From NCBI RefSeq assembly GCF_000150275.1, contig NW_002060945.1, positions 7,442,643 to 7,506,642 of the forward strand: DNA of 64,000 nt, given 5' to 3'. This DNA is from Trichoplax adhaerens. Its lineage: Eukaryota; Animalia; Placozoa. Made by a program: the position numbers and the translations under genes. Positions 52,358-64,000 of this stretch are shown here, piece after piece. Position 1 is the stretch's first letter, and each line of letters starts with the position of its first letter. The notes under the pieces are model-generated. The model searched no databases. It was not told where the DNA came from and worked only from the letters and a program-made list of their open reading frames with translations.

Positions 52358-52777
52358 ATGAAGTCGTGCGCTGTCTTTCTGCTTTGCATGTTTATGTCCA
52401 TGGTTCTTTCCATTTCGGCGGAAGAATTATCAGTAAATGATGCTGAAAATCTTGGAGATAAATTTAATCTCGGTGATGTACCCGATTTGAAGGACATGGA
52501 CGAATTAAAAGAAGAAAAACAAGAGGAAATAGATGAACAAAAATCCAAGGAAAGTGATCAAAAAGTCAATGAATTGCTTAAAGAAGCTAAAAGAATAGAA
52601 AAAGAGATTGAATCTTTAAATAGACAGCTCGATAATGAAGTAAAGGATGCGAAGGACCTTTCAGAAACAAAAAGCAATCTTGAGAATGAGAAAAATGGAA
52701 TGAGTTCACTCTCTGAGGAGGCATTGGAAGATAAGGAAATGTCTGATGAATCAGATAAAAGTCCTGAATACGAGTAA
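52358..52777 (+). CDS. Gene G: secreted acidic, partly coiled-coil protein (139 aa); no cationic second coding exon found
   Basis: Hydrophobic signal MKSCAVFLLCMFMSMVLSISA followed by a D/E-rich body. TATAAAT at 52086 and a GTAAG 5'-UTR donor at 52202, as in the other cluster genes. A possible donor (GA|gtaaaa) overlaps the stop codon. Confidence 0.7.
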   Translation: MKSCAVFLLCMFMSMVLSISAEELSVNDAENLGDKFNLGDVPDLKDMDELKEEKQEEIDEQKSKESDQKVNELLKEAKRIEKEIESLNRQLDNEVKDAKDLSETKSNLENEKNGMSSLSEEALEDKEMSDESDKSPEYE

Positions 52778-54419
52778 AATTTTCAGGAGAAAGAAACTTT
52801 CTAACAAAGTGTAAGGATAATGATTAAGGTTATAGACATCCTTTCAAGTATTTTACATTAAATTCAGTGATAATATTCATTAGCTACAAAAGCTTAAATT
52901 CATGATTTCACTACCGTAGCTTTGGACATTAGTAGCCTTTTAGTTTTTCTTAATTTAGCTTTAGACTTGAGACGTCTTGCTCTAATCAGTGAACAACAAT
53001 GCTTGTAAAATTCAATGAACAACTTTAGCTAAGTATTTTCTACTGGTCAAAATATGATTTGGAAGAAAAATTTTCAACGGAATTTTATTGAATTATGTTT
53101 ATGATTGTAATAGAAATTAATTGGAACAATGACAGCAAATGTAGCATAACTAGACTGTTAATAAATCATTTATTTTCAAAATTGCAAGACTTGAAAGGCT
53201 GTTTTATGCGAACCTAGATATACTGCTTTATCATTTTAGTTGCTATTTTATTTACAGAATTTATTCAATAGCTACAGTGTATACGGGATTGCATCTGTCA
53301 ACTTTAAACCAGTTCTATCCTAATTATCCTTGCTGCCTCAATTAGCTTCTTGTAACTTAATTGATATCTATTGGCTGTTAAACTATTAATGCATGACGAA
53401 ATAATTCTTAATCGTTTTTCTTTTACTTCACGGGCCATTAAAATTTTACTTTAGATTCACTTAATGACAATACTAATTTGGGCATCGGTCGTATCAAGCT
53501 TTGCTAACTGCGTGCAGTATTTAATATCGGGAATTATCCATTAAAGCTGCATGATACAACTAGTGTAATGTAAAACCCTTTTCTGCAATTTAGATCCGTA
53601 GTAACTGTAGATTTACATAGAAATTGCGCTTTTAATCATATCAGTAATGATTATAGTGTGTATCAAGTAATCATAATAGCATACCATTATAAATTTTATT
53701 CAGTTCTGATATTCGTTATATGATAGTACTTGTGTAGCTTTATAGTCTCCATTTCTTGTGTATGTTACATTAACAGAGCAATCAAAAACAGATTGGCTGC
53801 TTAAGATTTTATAGACGAGGCAGTCATGCAAGTGCTCAGTATAAATATGTGATATCATTACTGAATTTTCAGCGGTGATTAATAATAATTTAAATAATCT
53901 TAAGTTAAAGAAAATTTAAGGAAACTCACCAGCAGAACAAAAAGAGTGACAGAAATTGGCTATACTTACTTATAGCAATTTGATTCTGATGATGACAATA
54001 ATGCATTGGATTATTAAGATGTTCTTGCCGTTAAATAACAATTTATATTAAATTTTAAGGTCGATCGTTAGTGATTATATTAATTTTATGATATTTAAAG
54101 ACATGCATACGTGTATGTTGAATCAATATTGTCGATGGCAATTTTGTGCATCTGTTACTTCTAAGTGTTTATACACGTATTTAACATGTGAAGAGCGCCA
54201 CCTAGGATAATATACTACAATTATAAAATTACAATACGACAATTATCACTAAGTTACCTCGCTTTAAATGTGAGAAAGTATACAGTTTAATTTTATTTCT
54301 GTCAATCATACAAAAAGTTTACCATTTACGTTCTGTGAAGAAGATGTTGCGATGCATTCCTTACAGTATTTTAATGTTCACGATATCTACAAGTGTCCAC
54401 GACCTTAGAGGGCTATCAC

Positions 54420-57400
54420 TCAACTACCGTAACTTGCCATAAATTGTCTTTCTTGTCCAATCTCTGATGCATTCTAGAGCTTTCCATAAAAGGAAATATG
54501 ATATTGATAGAAGATTTATAAGAATGAGACCTGATCAGAATCATATGTCACTACAGTATGGCTTTTCCGTCTCTTAGCCTCAGCAGCTGTTATTTCTTTC
54601 CCATCGATTTCGTTATGAGGGTTTATTAGATTTAAATCCATTGATTTCGATGAGGATATTGATAGCGTAGGCTTAGACAACATAATACTATCTTTGCTAT
54701 CCAGTAAATTAGTTTTATTAGGATTTGATGAAGCTATAATGTTTTGGCTGTCTGTTGGGCTTGCATTAACAGATTTGGATGCAAGGACATCTTTCTTACT
54801 AACAGCGTTGGAACCATTAGCTGCTAAAACACTGTCGTATTTGCCATTAGATTTAGCTTCATTAGGATTAGAATCAGCTGCTGAAAGAAACTGATCCCTA
54901 CGTATAGCATTTATATCATTAGCTTTCGATAACGGTAACGATAAGGAACTTCTATCTTTCTTTGTAGCTAAATTAATATTAGCAGGTGGAAGTTCCGATG
55001 CTGATACCGTTAATGCGGATTTTGATAATGATGTGTCCGTTAAATTTTCGTTATGAAAAGTTGACGGAATTTCCGATGATTGCCTCTTTGGTTGAAATCC
55101 TGAACTTGTTAAATTATCGCTATAATTTACAAAATTTGTCGTATTTTTATCCTTATTTTGCATAGATGCAATGTCAATATTGTGTCGCAATGATAATTCT
55201 TGTATGATCTGATCACTGGTTAAACTACCTTGGCCTTGGTAGTGCTTCAATGGATTTGTTCCTGGTGATTCTACTGGTTCAGTTTTGTAAGCATCTAATC
55301 GACGCTGAGCTGATGGGCTCTTTGACATGGTTTGAGATGATTGGATATCTCCATTTTCCGATTCGTTTGTACTAATAATAGATGATGGTCTCGATTTGGG
55401 TTGTGGGGACTCGTTCTTCCCACGATATAGAAATCCAGTGAGTTTATTAAATATAGCACCTCTCTTCTTTCCTGATTCAGTTGTGGTATTTTTATCCTGA
55501 TTAGTTTCTACATTTTCATCTACTTCTTGCCATACCGGTGGCGGTGGTGTCGTTGTAAACGAAGCACCAATATCTCGGCCATAAATGCTTGTTGTTGATG
55601 GAATCGAATCTACAGTTGATAAATTTTCCAATTTTGATATGGATAAATTAGAATCATGAATTGTTGGCTCAGTCGCTAGACTAGAATCAATAACTGAGTT
55701 TGTTATATCTTCATTATGGGATTCATGCTGGTAACTATCCGATTCATTCGAACTAACACCAGATAGGCCATCGTCATCATCGTGTTTATTTTCATATCTT
55801 ATTCTTAATTCATTTATGAAAGCTCGAACTTCCATAGCCCTCTGTCAAAATGTCAATATTTCAGTTACTTATATGCACAGAATAGACTACTTACTGTAGT
55901 ATAACTGTAGGAACAGAAATTAGACAATAATTCATTGCAAGTACAGTAGGAGGTAGGCTATCACGCCAATACCAGCAGTAAAACACTTAAATGAGAACGA
56001 AGTTTGACAATATATGATCAAAAAATTCATTGTAACTATCACTAGTAAATAAATCATTTGATTGTAAAAAGTGAAATATAAACTATGATGTGTATAGTTT
56101 AGTACGAATAATTACGAAACAGTAATTTGCTCTACTGAAAATATACTCGTATTCGATATTATTTTATTAGTAGCCATCAGAATATTCTAATAAGATTACA
56201 TGTTAATTTTATACGGTACAACTTCTAGTCATTTAATTTCTGCACAATTTCATATCTTTTAACTTAAAAGTCACAGCTTAAACCTAGTTTGGGATCCACT
56301 ATTGTTATGTAATGTGAAGAACCAATCTAAACTTTCTAATCGTCAACTTCCAGCTTTACCAGTAGACTGATAAATGCTGTTATTAGGATATTTTGTCTAG
56401 AGAACTTTAATATTTGATAAGATAATCAAAGTATTTTCCAGCTTAAATTGATACTGTAATCCGTAGTAGTGAGTTCCAATTTAGAAATGGGTTCTATTTT
56501 AGACTATTTATAAGGGTGTTCATTTTAAAATATAACTTTTATTTTAATTGGAAAAGTTAATACTTAAATTTCTCCAGAACCCTATATGTGCAAGTGTACA
56601 AGAGTTACCTACCTCTATGGACGACAAACGCTTTTCATGATTGAAAGCACTAGCAATTTCGATATTAGCTTGTAGAACTGATTTTGCTTCATTAGCTTCA
56701 TAGTCATCTTGTGCTTGCCGTTGCAATGCCAGTAAATTAATATAATCTGCTATGTTGCTAGCGCGATTTCCACTGCGTTGCTTCTTAGCATTAAGTTTAA
56801 CGGATGCTACTAAACTATTCATATAAGACATTAAACGTCGACACTGATCTAAGGCTGATTCTAATCGCTCTGGCTCTGATAGAATAAATTTTTCATCCAT
56901 CACAACTAACTTCTGCTCTTTAATTAATACCTCCTTTAATTCTGATTTGATTTTAGGGAATTCTTCTGTAAGTCCATTGCAAGAATAGCGATACCATCAG
57001 TTTCAATTATTACATAACGAAGTAGTTTATCAGGTGTATTATAATGCAATTTATACTAAATATAGCATGAGCAAAATGATGAATTAAATAGGAAAATACC
57101 TTGTGCTAAACTGGTAATAGAAGAATTAATTTCGATAATAGCCAACTTTAATGCCTTAATAACTGAGCTGTCGATTCTACAAAAGCGCTTACGGGCATCG
57201 TACTCCAACACAGCAATCGCTCTAGATAACAATTCTACTTCTTTAGTGAGTTGGTTAGATTGCTTTTGGTAGTTAAGTTTAGTTTTATCGGCAGCTAATC
57301 TTTCATCTCGGACAATATCTTGCCCTAATCATTAAAAGATATTGATCAAGAAAGTTATTAACATCATTGATGTTTGCTTAAGATCAATTATAGCTAAAAG

Positions 57401-60400
57401 GGGTTTTTAAGAGTAAAGTCAAAGATGGAACTTATGCCAATTAACTTTCCTGAGGTTAATTTCGCAAAAAATAAAGTTTTAGCAATTTCTGTTGTTAAAG
57501 TGAGCCGTATAATATGACTACTGATACTTTGATAGAGCAGCTTATCATCGATACAGATATTGATGTAATCTTGAGAATTAATGCTAGACGATGACACTAG
57601 AGAAATATTTGCAAATGGTAACTAAGACGTAGGTCTACCGTATTCATTTGTTACTGAAACAGTTTTAACGACTGAAGTATTATGATGCAAAGTAAGATTA
57701 GAATAAGTTGGGATTTATACCTCTTGTCATCACAGATGTCGCTGTTCGGATTGATTTAATCGTATTAGCTAACGTTATATCGAAGAGTTGCTGCTGTATT
57801 TCTTGTTGCTGACGAAGGCTAGTGTATTCCTCTCGCAACTTCGTTACGTCCTTAAGGATATTAGTCGCGATAACTTGAATTTTGTCTTTGAACTGGTTCA
57901 TTTCTGTATTCAATTCTGTCTCTTTGGCTATAAAATATTTATGTTTAGTGACACTATCTTTATGTCCATAACATATTTGATTTATGAAAAATCATTTCCA
58001 GTTTACTCAAGGTAGAAACTACAAGATATATAGATATCATCTCATGTGTTTTATTTTGCTATTACTTTTCTATACTCTGTGGGCATGAAAATGTGATCAA
58101 GGCCACTAGATAGTTGCTGATTTTTTGCTGAGCTTATTTATTACTGTATTATCTCTTGTCAAAATATTACTTCCATAGTATAACAGAATCGAAGGTACAA
58201 TTTATTATACTGTACATGACAAAACTAATTAAGATAGCCACTAAGCAAGTTAAATTTTGTATTATGAGATGCATGGTGGACGCACAAGACGTGGAATAAA
58301 TTGTTACTAATTCAGTAGCGTGGTTATTTTTTCCGTAATCCTAATTGTTCATAAGTCTATTGTACAAGATTTGCAATATTCTTGAAATTAATTTATTAAT
58401 ATCGAATTTTTTTACTACGATATAATACTATAGCATGTAATACCCTGCGCTAGAGGCGTTTTGAAAGGGTTGATTACATATGGCACATACCTTGGAATTC
58501 TCTTACAGTTTCTTGGTTCTTCTGAGTTAGCATAAGCGTAAGACTTTTTAGCTGTTGTTCAATATTATCAATTCGATCCGATTTTTCTCTGAGTAATTAA
58601 ACAAAAACAGATTATTAGTGCCACTATATTGAAGTGAATATACAGTATAATGCTTAAAGTACTGAAATCTAACCTTGATTCTGTCGGCGATTGCTTACTT
58701 GAAGTATCGCCTGGACTTTTATATTGTTCGATGAAAGCATCTATCAGACAAAAATTCAGCAGAAATTCAATGGAAAATTTGAATGAATAAAAGTACAGTA
58801 GCTTTTACGACATAACAGTTATATCTGCTCAATTGATTATATACCAGCAGCTTCAAAAAATTAGAATAAAACTGCAAACTAAAATTGGGGCTGTTAAAGT
58901 ACCGATGTCACGTCGTATTTTACTTTTTAATATACTATTTATCATACCTATAGCTTCTGATGAACTGTTAATTCTTTGCCTATCAACAGCTTGGATATCG
59001 TAACCCTCTGAATCGCTAAATACTGACGGTTGATTTAGTGAAAATTGATATTCAAACATATCAATTTCATCCTCGCTAGCTATATCTACGTTGTCACTTT
59101 CTTTTGCTTTCGAGGCTGCACTTTCTGAAACAACAATGGCGGGTTGACCATCAGAATTTGTTTCATTCTGTTTCGGGTTATCACGTTGCAGTCGTTTTAA
59201 TGATCCAAATTTTGGCTTTTTACCGGATTGAGTATCAATGTTTTCTTTATAATTAATATCTTGCCATGGTAATATTTTGTCGCCTTTATTTTCTTCGAAA
59301 ACTTCGCTATCACCTTGCAGTCGTTTTAATGATCCAAATTTTGGCTTCTTACCGGATTGAGTATCAATGTTTTCTTTGTAATTAATATCTTGCCATGGTA
59401 ATATTTTGTCGCCTTTGTTTTCTTCGAAAATTTCGCTATCGGAATCGCTGGCGTTTCTGAATTGTTGTATGCTAGCAGCTTTGGCGATATTCATCATTTC
59501 CATCGATTTGCTAAATTTCTCATCAAGTGCTGGCTTGCCTTGAAATTCATTAGATGATGCTGAATAATCTTCAGCCTGCTCCTTGATGGAGAAATCAGAG
59601 TCATCCTTGATTAGCGTATCGTCAGGATTTGAATATTTTGCCGGTACTAATTTATCGATCTTTCTATCAGTAGGACTTTTAATGTTAGTTAAACCGTAGG
59701 TAGACCTGTTTTGCGAATGATTTTTAAATTCTTGCAACCTACGCTGGCTTGGTGGAGTATGCAAAGATCTAGGAGGTTTGCTACGCTTGGGTTGTAATGA
59801 TTTCATAGAGTTACTTTCGCTGTTATTTGATTTAAGCGTATTTTCATCATCTATATCGACATCTTGATCAGATGAAATTTTCGCTGTATTCCTAATAGCA
59901 ATTCTACTTCCTTTCCTGCCTAAGCTAGATTCTTTGTCGATGCAATCAGAATCTGGGTTCGCCTTATACATTGGCTTACTTCCTTTACTTTTTTCTTCAC
60001 CTTCTGAGGGTTTAATCCGATTAAATTTGGAATAGGATTCAACAGAAGATGTAGATGCATGGTCGGTACTGGATTGCATATTAACACTGCGTGTATCTTC
60101 TATTGGAATTGGAGCTTTTTGTGAAACTTCTTTCGATTTAGGATTCTCAGTCGTTTTAACAACTTTCCTAGTCGTGATTTTTACACTTCTCTTATGGTTT
60201 TGTGGTTTCTGAGGTACTAGTGATTGATGATGAATATTCCGATTTTCTGTATGAGAATAACCACTGTCCATACTCGATTGCTTTTTCAATAAAGGTTTTT
60301 TAAATGATGAAAAGCCATTATGCTCAAATGAAGACGAATATGATAAATTTTCCGTTGATCTGCCGATATTTGTAGAATTTAAGGGCACGTTTTCGTTTGT

Positions 60401-62800
60401 TGGCGACGAACATGAAGACGTTGGAACGGAATGGATGCCTGATCTTTTATTTGGGGATCGAATACGATAAGGATTGACTTTTTGTGGTGGTATTTTAGTA
60501 CCAAAATCAATGGGTCGAAATTTAGGACTATTCATGATAGGTGTAGGATTTTCTGACGGTGAATTACCGGGTGCATTTGCTTCCAGTTGAAGGAATAATT
60601 GTTTATTGGTATTGAATTTTGAACGATAATCTTTATGATGGGGATTGATAGGAGAAGTTGTAGATTTATCATTCTCAATATCGCTGGTATCTCTTGAACG
60701 AGATTCTGGAATAGAAGGTTTTAAGCCTTTGTACCTTTCTGCTGCACTAACAGCTCGTCTTATACTAGATTTCTTCGATGAATTCGGTGTGGAGATTTCC
60801 GCAGATGTCTTATATGAGCTCATTAGATTGTTAAGATCTTCATTACTGAATCTACGAAGATCTATGGCTGCTCGCGATCTTGGCATTAATTTTTTACTTT
60901 CTTCGCTTGATGATGGCGATGTATCACTTTTACTTGCCATTTCTTCATTAAGTAAAAATAATAGTATTCCTCCGGTTCGTATTTGACTGTGACGAATGAA
61001 ACAAATATAGCAATATATAGTATTAAATAATTTTAAAGTTTTTAATTTAGGTGTTAAGATTGGTGAAGGCAGACCTTTTTAGTTCTAGATAAACTACAGA
61101 TTACAACAACTACCTTAAGTGCGTTAAAGTTTCAAAGGAGGAATCATTTTCATTACGAAAGTAAATGTAGCCTCGCTCAGGAGTTACTTCATGATGTGAT
61201 TGAAAGACGTCCGGAAAATAGTCATGGAATAGTCTCTTTAGATCTTGATATGTCAAACCCGAATGAAATGGAATTCGAATTTGACGGCGATTGCATTGCA
61301 GAAAGATAGACTCTTCAATCGTATGATCTACGTTTAAAGAAAATATTTTTATGAACTCATACTTATAATATTATCGATATTTTTAACGAATTGTTTTAAG
61401 TTAACTTCGCAAGTAAGTCGTACAACAGTTGCTCTATCTGGCAATCAATGGCTTTTTATCATATGCGGTAGTGATTAGGTTACGTTATTTATATAGTTCA
61501 TAAACTCAATATTATTTGACCGTTATACTGTCCGTGCAAAGATTAACGAAATGCTTTAAATAATCTTCACAAGCAAGTTATGCAATAGTTGCCATATCAG
61601 AAAGTAAATGATTTTTCTGTCTTATACAGTTGTGATTTGATTACGTTATTAACGTTAATTATTTGAAGTGCAAGGATTAGAAGGAAATTGCTATATTCGT
61701 AATTTTTTAAGACAACTAAAGGTGTGTGTGAAAATTCTATCATTAAGAATAGGAGATGCTTGTTTAATCATTGAAGTCCAAGGATTAGAAAGAGAGTACT
61801 GTATTCTTAATTTTTTTTTTGAGACAGCTAAAGGTGTTCCTGAAACATTCTATCCTCAACAATGGGATACAACATTTGCACAATGTAATATAACCTTGGA
61901 AGACTCGTTTCATCAAAGTTCAGGTAGTCATAATATCCTATGAAGATTTCGAAACCATGATGGCTACCTTTTGTAAACATTTCTTATTTTATGATACGGT
62001 GCATTTTAAAATGCCTTTCATAAATGGATAGATAACAGTTTTGACATGGTCCCCTCAAAATCATTATCCCTGGATTACATTCTATAATCATTCTACTTTA
62101 ATAAGCCAGTCTTATGATTGCTGACTTAGTAAGGAGTGATTCATTATGATAGCATTGTGATCTCAGTATATTATAACTGGGGTGGAAAGCATAGAGTGTG
62201 AAAATAATCAAATTCATATAGTAATTAGTATCAATGAATATAATTTTATCGTGATAACTTAACGTAATGTTATTATGCTTAGAGTAATTATAGCATCGAT
62301 AAAGATTCAATACTCTGTAATAAGAATTGATTAAATCTTTTGATTTAGCTAAAGTACTCATTCAAATAAGAATATTACACGTACCTTACATCAATAATAA
62401 TATTTGAGTCTTAAAATTTCTTATCACGTAAAACTACCGTAAATTATCATCACTAATCGTTTAAAGTAATTGGTAAATCACACCGAAACTAATTCGTACT
62501 CTTATCAATATCATAAGAAGGATTTATACCTTAACAAGATAGACTGAAATTGTGATCTCAGGAATTACCGTACTTTGTTGTTCAATAGAAACGCCATGAA
62601 GTTTTTAAATTTAATATAAGTACAATACTGACGATCATTTTAAAGTAAAAAGGTATTGGTACGTATTTTCTCGAATTTCATACTGGATTTGCTCAACAAA
62701 ATAAATACTCAAATAAGCTTAATTATTTGATCTTACTTGATACTCTTCTAACGTAGTCTGTTGGGAATGAAGTTGGATGTTGAGGATTAATTCTTGACAT
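54420..62800 (-). CDS. AIP3-domain actin-associated adaptor of the SRCIN1(p140Cap)/KIAA1217(SKT)/Drosophila CG32809 family, multi-exon
   Basis: Exons include 62800-62737, 61327-61114 (SIFLQCNRRQIRIPFHSGLTYQDLKRLFHDYFP..GYIYFRNENDSSFETLTHL), 60986-~58903 (long Ser-rich), ~58742-58675, ~58586-58491 (DRIDNIEQQLKSLTLML), the ~57.7-57.9 kb exon, the ~57.1-57.3 kb exon (DIVRDERL..RKRFCRID), the ~56.6-57.0 kb exon (EEFPKIKSELKEVL..EKFILSEPERLESALDQCRRL), ~55840-54531 and a tentative last exon ending at 54420. These resemble remembered family motifs such as FLQYG, ERMEAMEKQIASLT and KFLKEEPxRLxxxLxRC. An 18-bp exon at 63682-63665 may supply an earlier ATG. Confidence 0.75.
59186..59440 (-). repeat. 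In-frame 129 bp (43 aa) tandem duplication inside the large exon
   Basis: DSE(I/V)FEENKGDKILPWQDINYKENIDTQSGKKPKFGSLKRLQ occurs twice; DNA offset 129 bp (59186 vs 59315). Confidence 0.95.
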
Positions 62801-64000
62801 CTATCAAATTAAGACCGTCAATGATTTTATTATTTAGCAGTAAAGTTTTATCACATTCAATAAATCAGTAGTTTATTTTTATCCACTAAAATATACCATG
62901 AGTTAGAGCTGGATCAATTGCCATTGAAGTAATAAATTGCAGGAACTTTCCAAGATCGTAGTTATTGAAATGGAATCAAATAGATCATGAAGTAAGTGTG
63001 GACAAACTGTAGTACCACGAGAGAGTAGGTACCGTTCTACTTCATTTCAACTTTGACCTACAGACTAATATTGATTGAAATGATAAAATCGATTTAAATT
63101 CACTCTTTAACCGTCTACTGATAGTTTAAACTTATTTTAGGAAACGATATTCAGGTAAACCATATGTTTGTTATCAATTATGAATTAATTGAGCTTATAG
63201 CTTTGCAAAATTTGACTAGTGTCTTCAAGGTAGCATATGGTTGCACAAGTTGATTCCATAAGCAATGCCATCATACGAGATAATAAGGAGACTACGTCAT
63301 TTATGGCGTTGTGCAGTATTTAGCTTAAGAAATAGAAGGAAGAATTTGATACTAGATATACTGGCACATTAATTGCATTACTCTTATTGATAGACTGCAA
63401 ATGTTATTGCTCAAGAGTAGGATGATGATGATATTGAAAGAAATTTTATGTACTACATGTTCTAAAATATCAAAATGAATCAGTAATTATTAATTTCTAG
63501 TGAATTTGGTAATAATATCTCTTTCAGACGGTTAGAGATCAAGATATGACATATAATTAATAACAAATAGTTTTTAATACATCTAATATTTGGAGCATAA
63601 TCAGTTTTTCAATCTTCGATATTTTAAAAATACGAACATAAAATGGGCATAGATAGGTACTTACCATTATCGATACGCTGCCCTATAATAACCATAAATC
63701 GAATGTAATTGCTTGTACATCTATGCACAGATTTGGTAATAGTATAAAGCTTTGTGTGATATAGACATTAATGCGAACTCTTTCAAATAGTCGAAAGACG
63801 ATAGAAACCACCTGTTAGCAAGCCGTATTTTCTTATGTATTTAATCAAGTTATTTTACATTATTCTTAGTAATATTTTAGACTTTGAACCTATTTAAAAT
63901 TAATTTCTATTAAGTGTACAAAAGTATAATGCCATTATTAATTACGCGTACTGTATAATTATAATTATCGGTAATGACTGCGATTGATGAATGAATGAAC

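Noticed and set aside
52778-54000. Second coding exon for gene G
   Set aside because: Several AG acceptors tested gave only short or unconvincing peptides with no Arg-rich head.

Overview
AT-rich, intron-rich eukaryotic DNA with short GT-AG introns and one 50-N scaffold gap. The overall style suggests a compact non-bilaterian animal genome, most likely a placozoan such as Trichoplax (inference only). The left end carries three conserved genes: a CCHCR1-like gene (minus, runs off the window), BCAS2/SPF27 (plus) and a B-type cyclin (minus, 5' half lost in the gap). A 7 x 103 bp CRE-containing minisatellite lies between the first two. The right end carries an AIP3-domain SRCIN1/KIAA1217-like gene (minus). 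The middle ~37 kb (15.6-52.8 kb) is a same-strand tandem array of seven secreted-protein genes (A-G) that the ORF track shows only as fragments. Spliced by hand, A-F share one design: signal peptide plus a very acidic pro-region, then a phase-0 intron, then a mature exon opening with an Arg-rich, usually Trp-containing head (S-W-G-R-R-R-R...). In A-E the head is followed by a polycationic coiled coil of variable length that ends in a Cys cluster (CCxxC in B-E); A-D also have a C-x9-C motif at its start. F has only a short cationic peptide, and G appears to have only the acidic part. This charge-masked, secreted, cationic coiled-coil family is the main candidate for an undescribed system (membrane-lytic or antimicrobial effector, or a coacervating adhesive or fibre).
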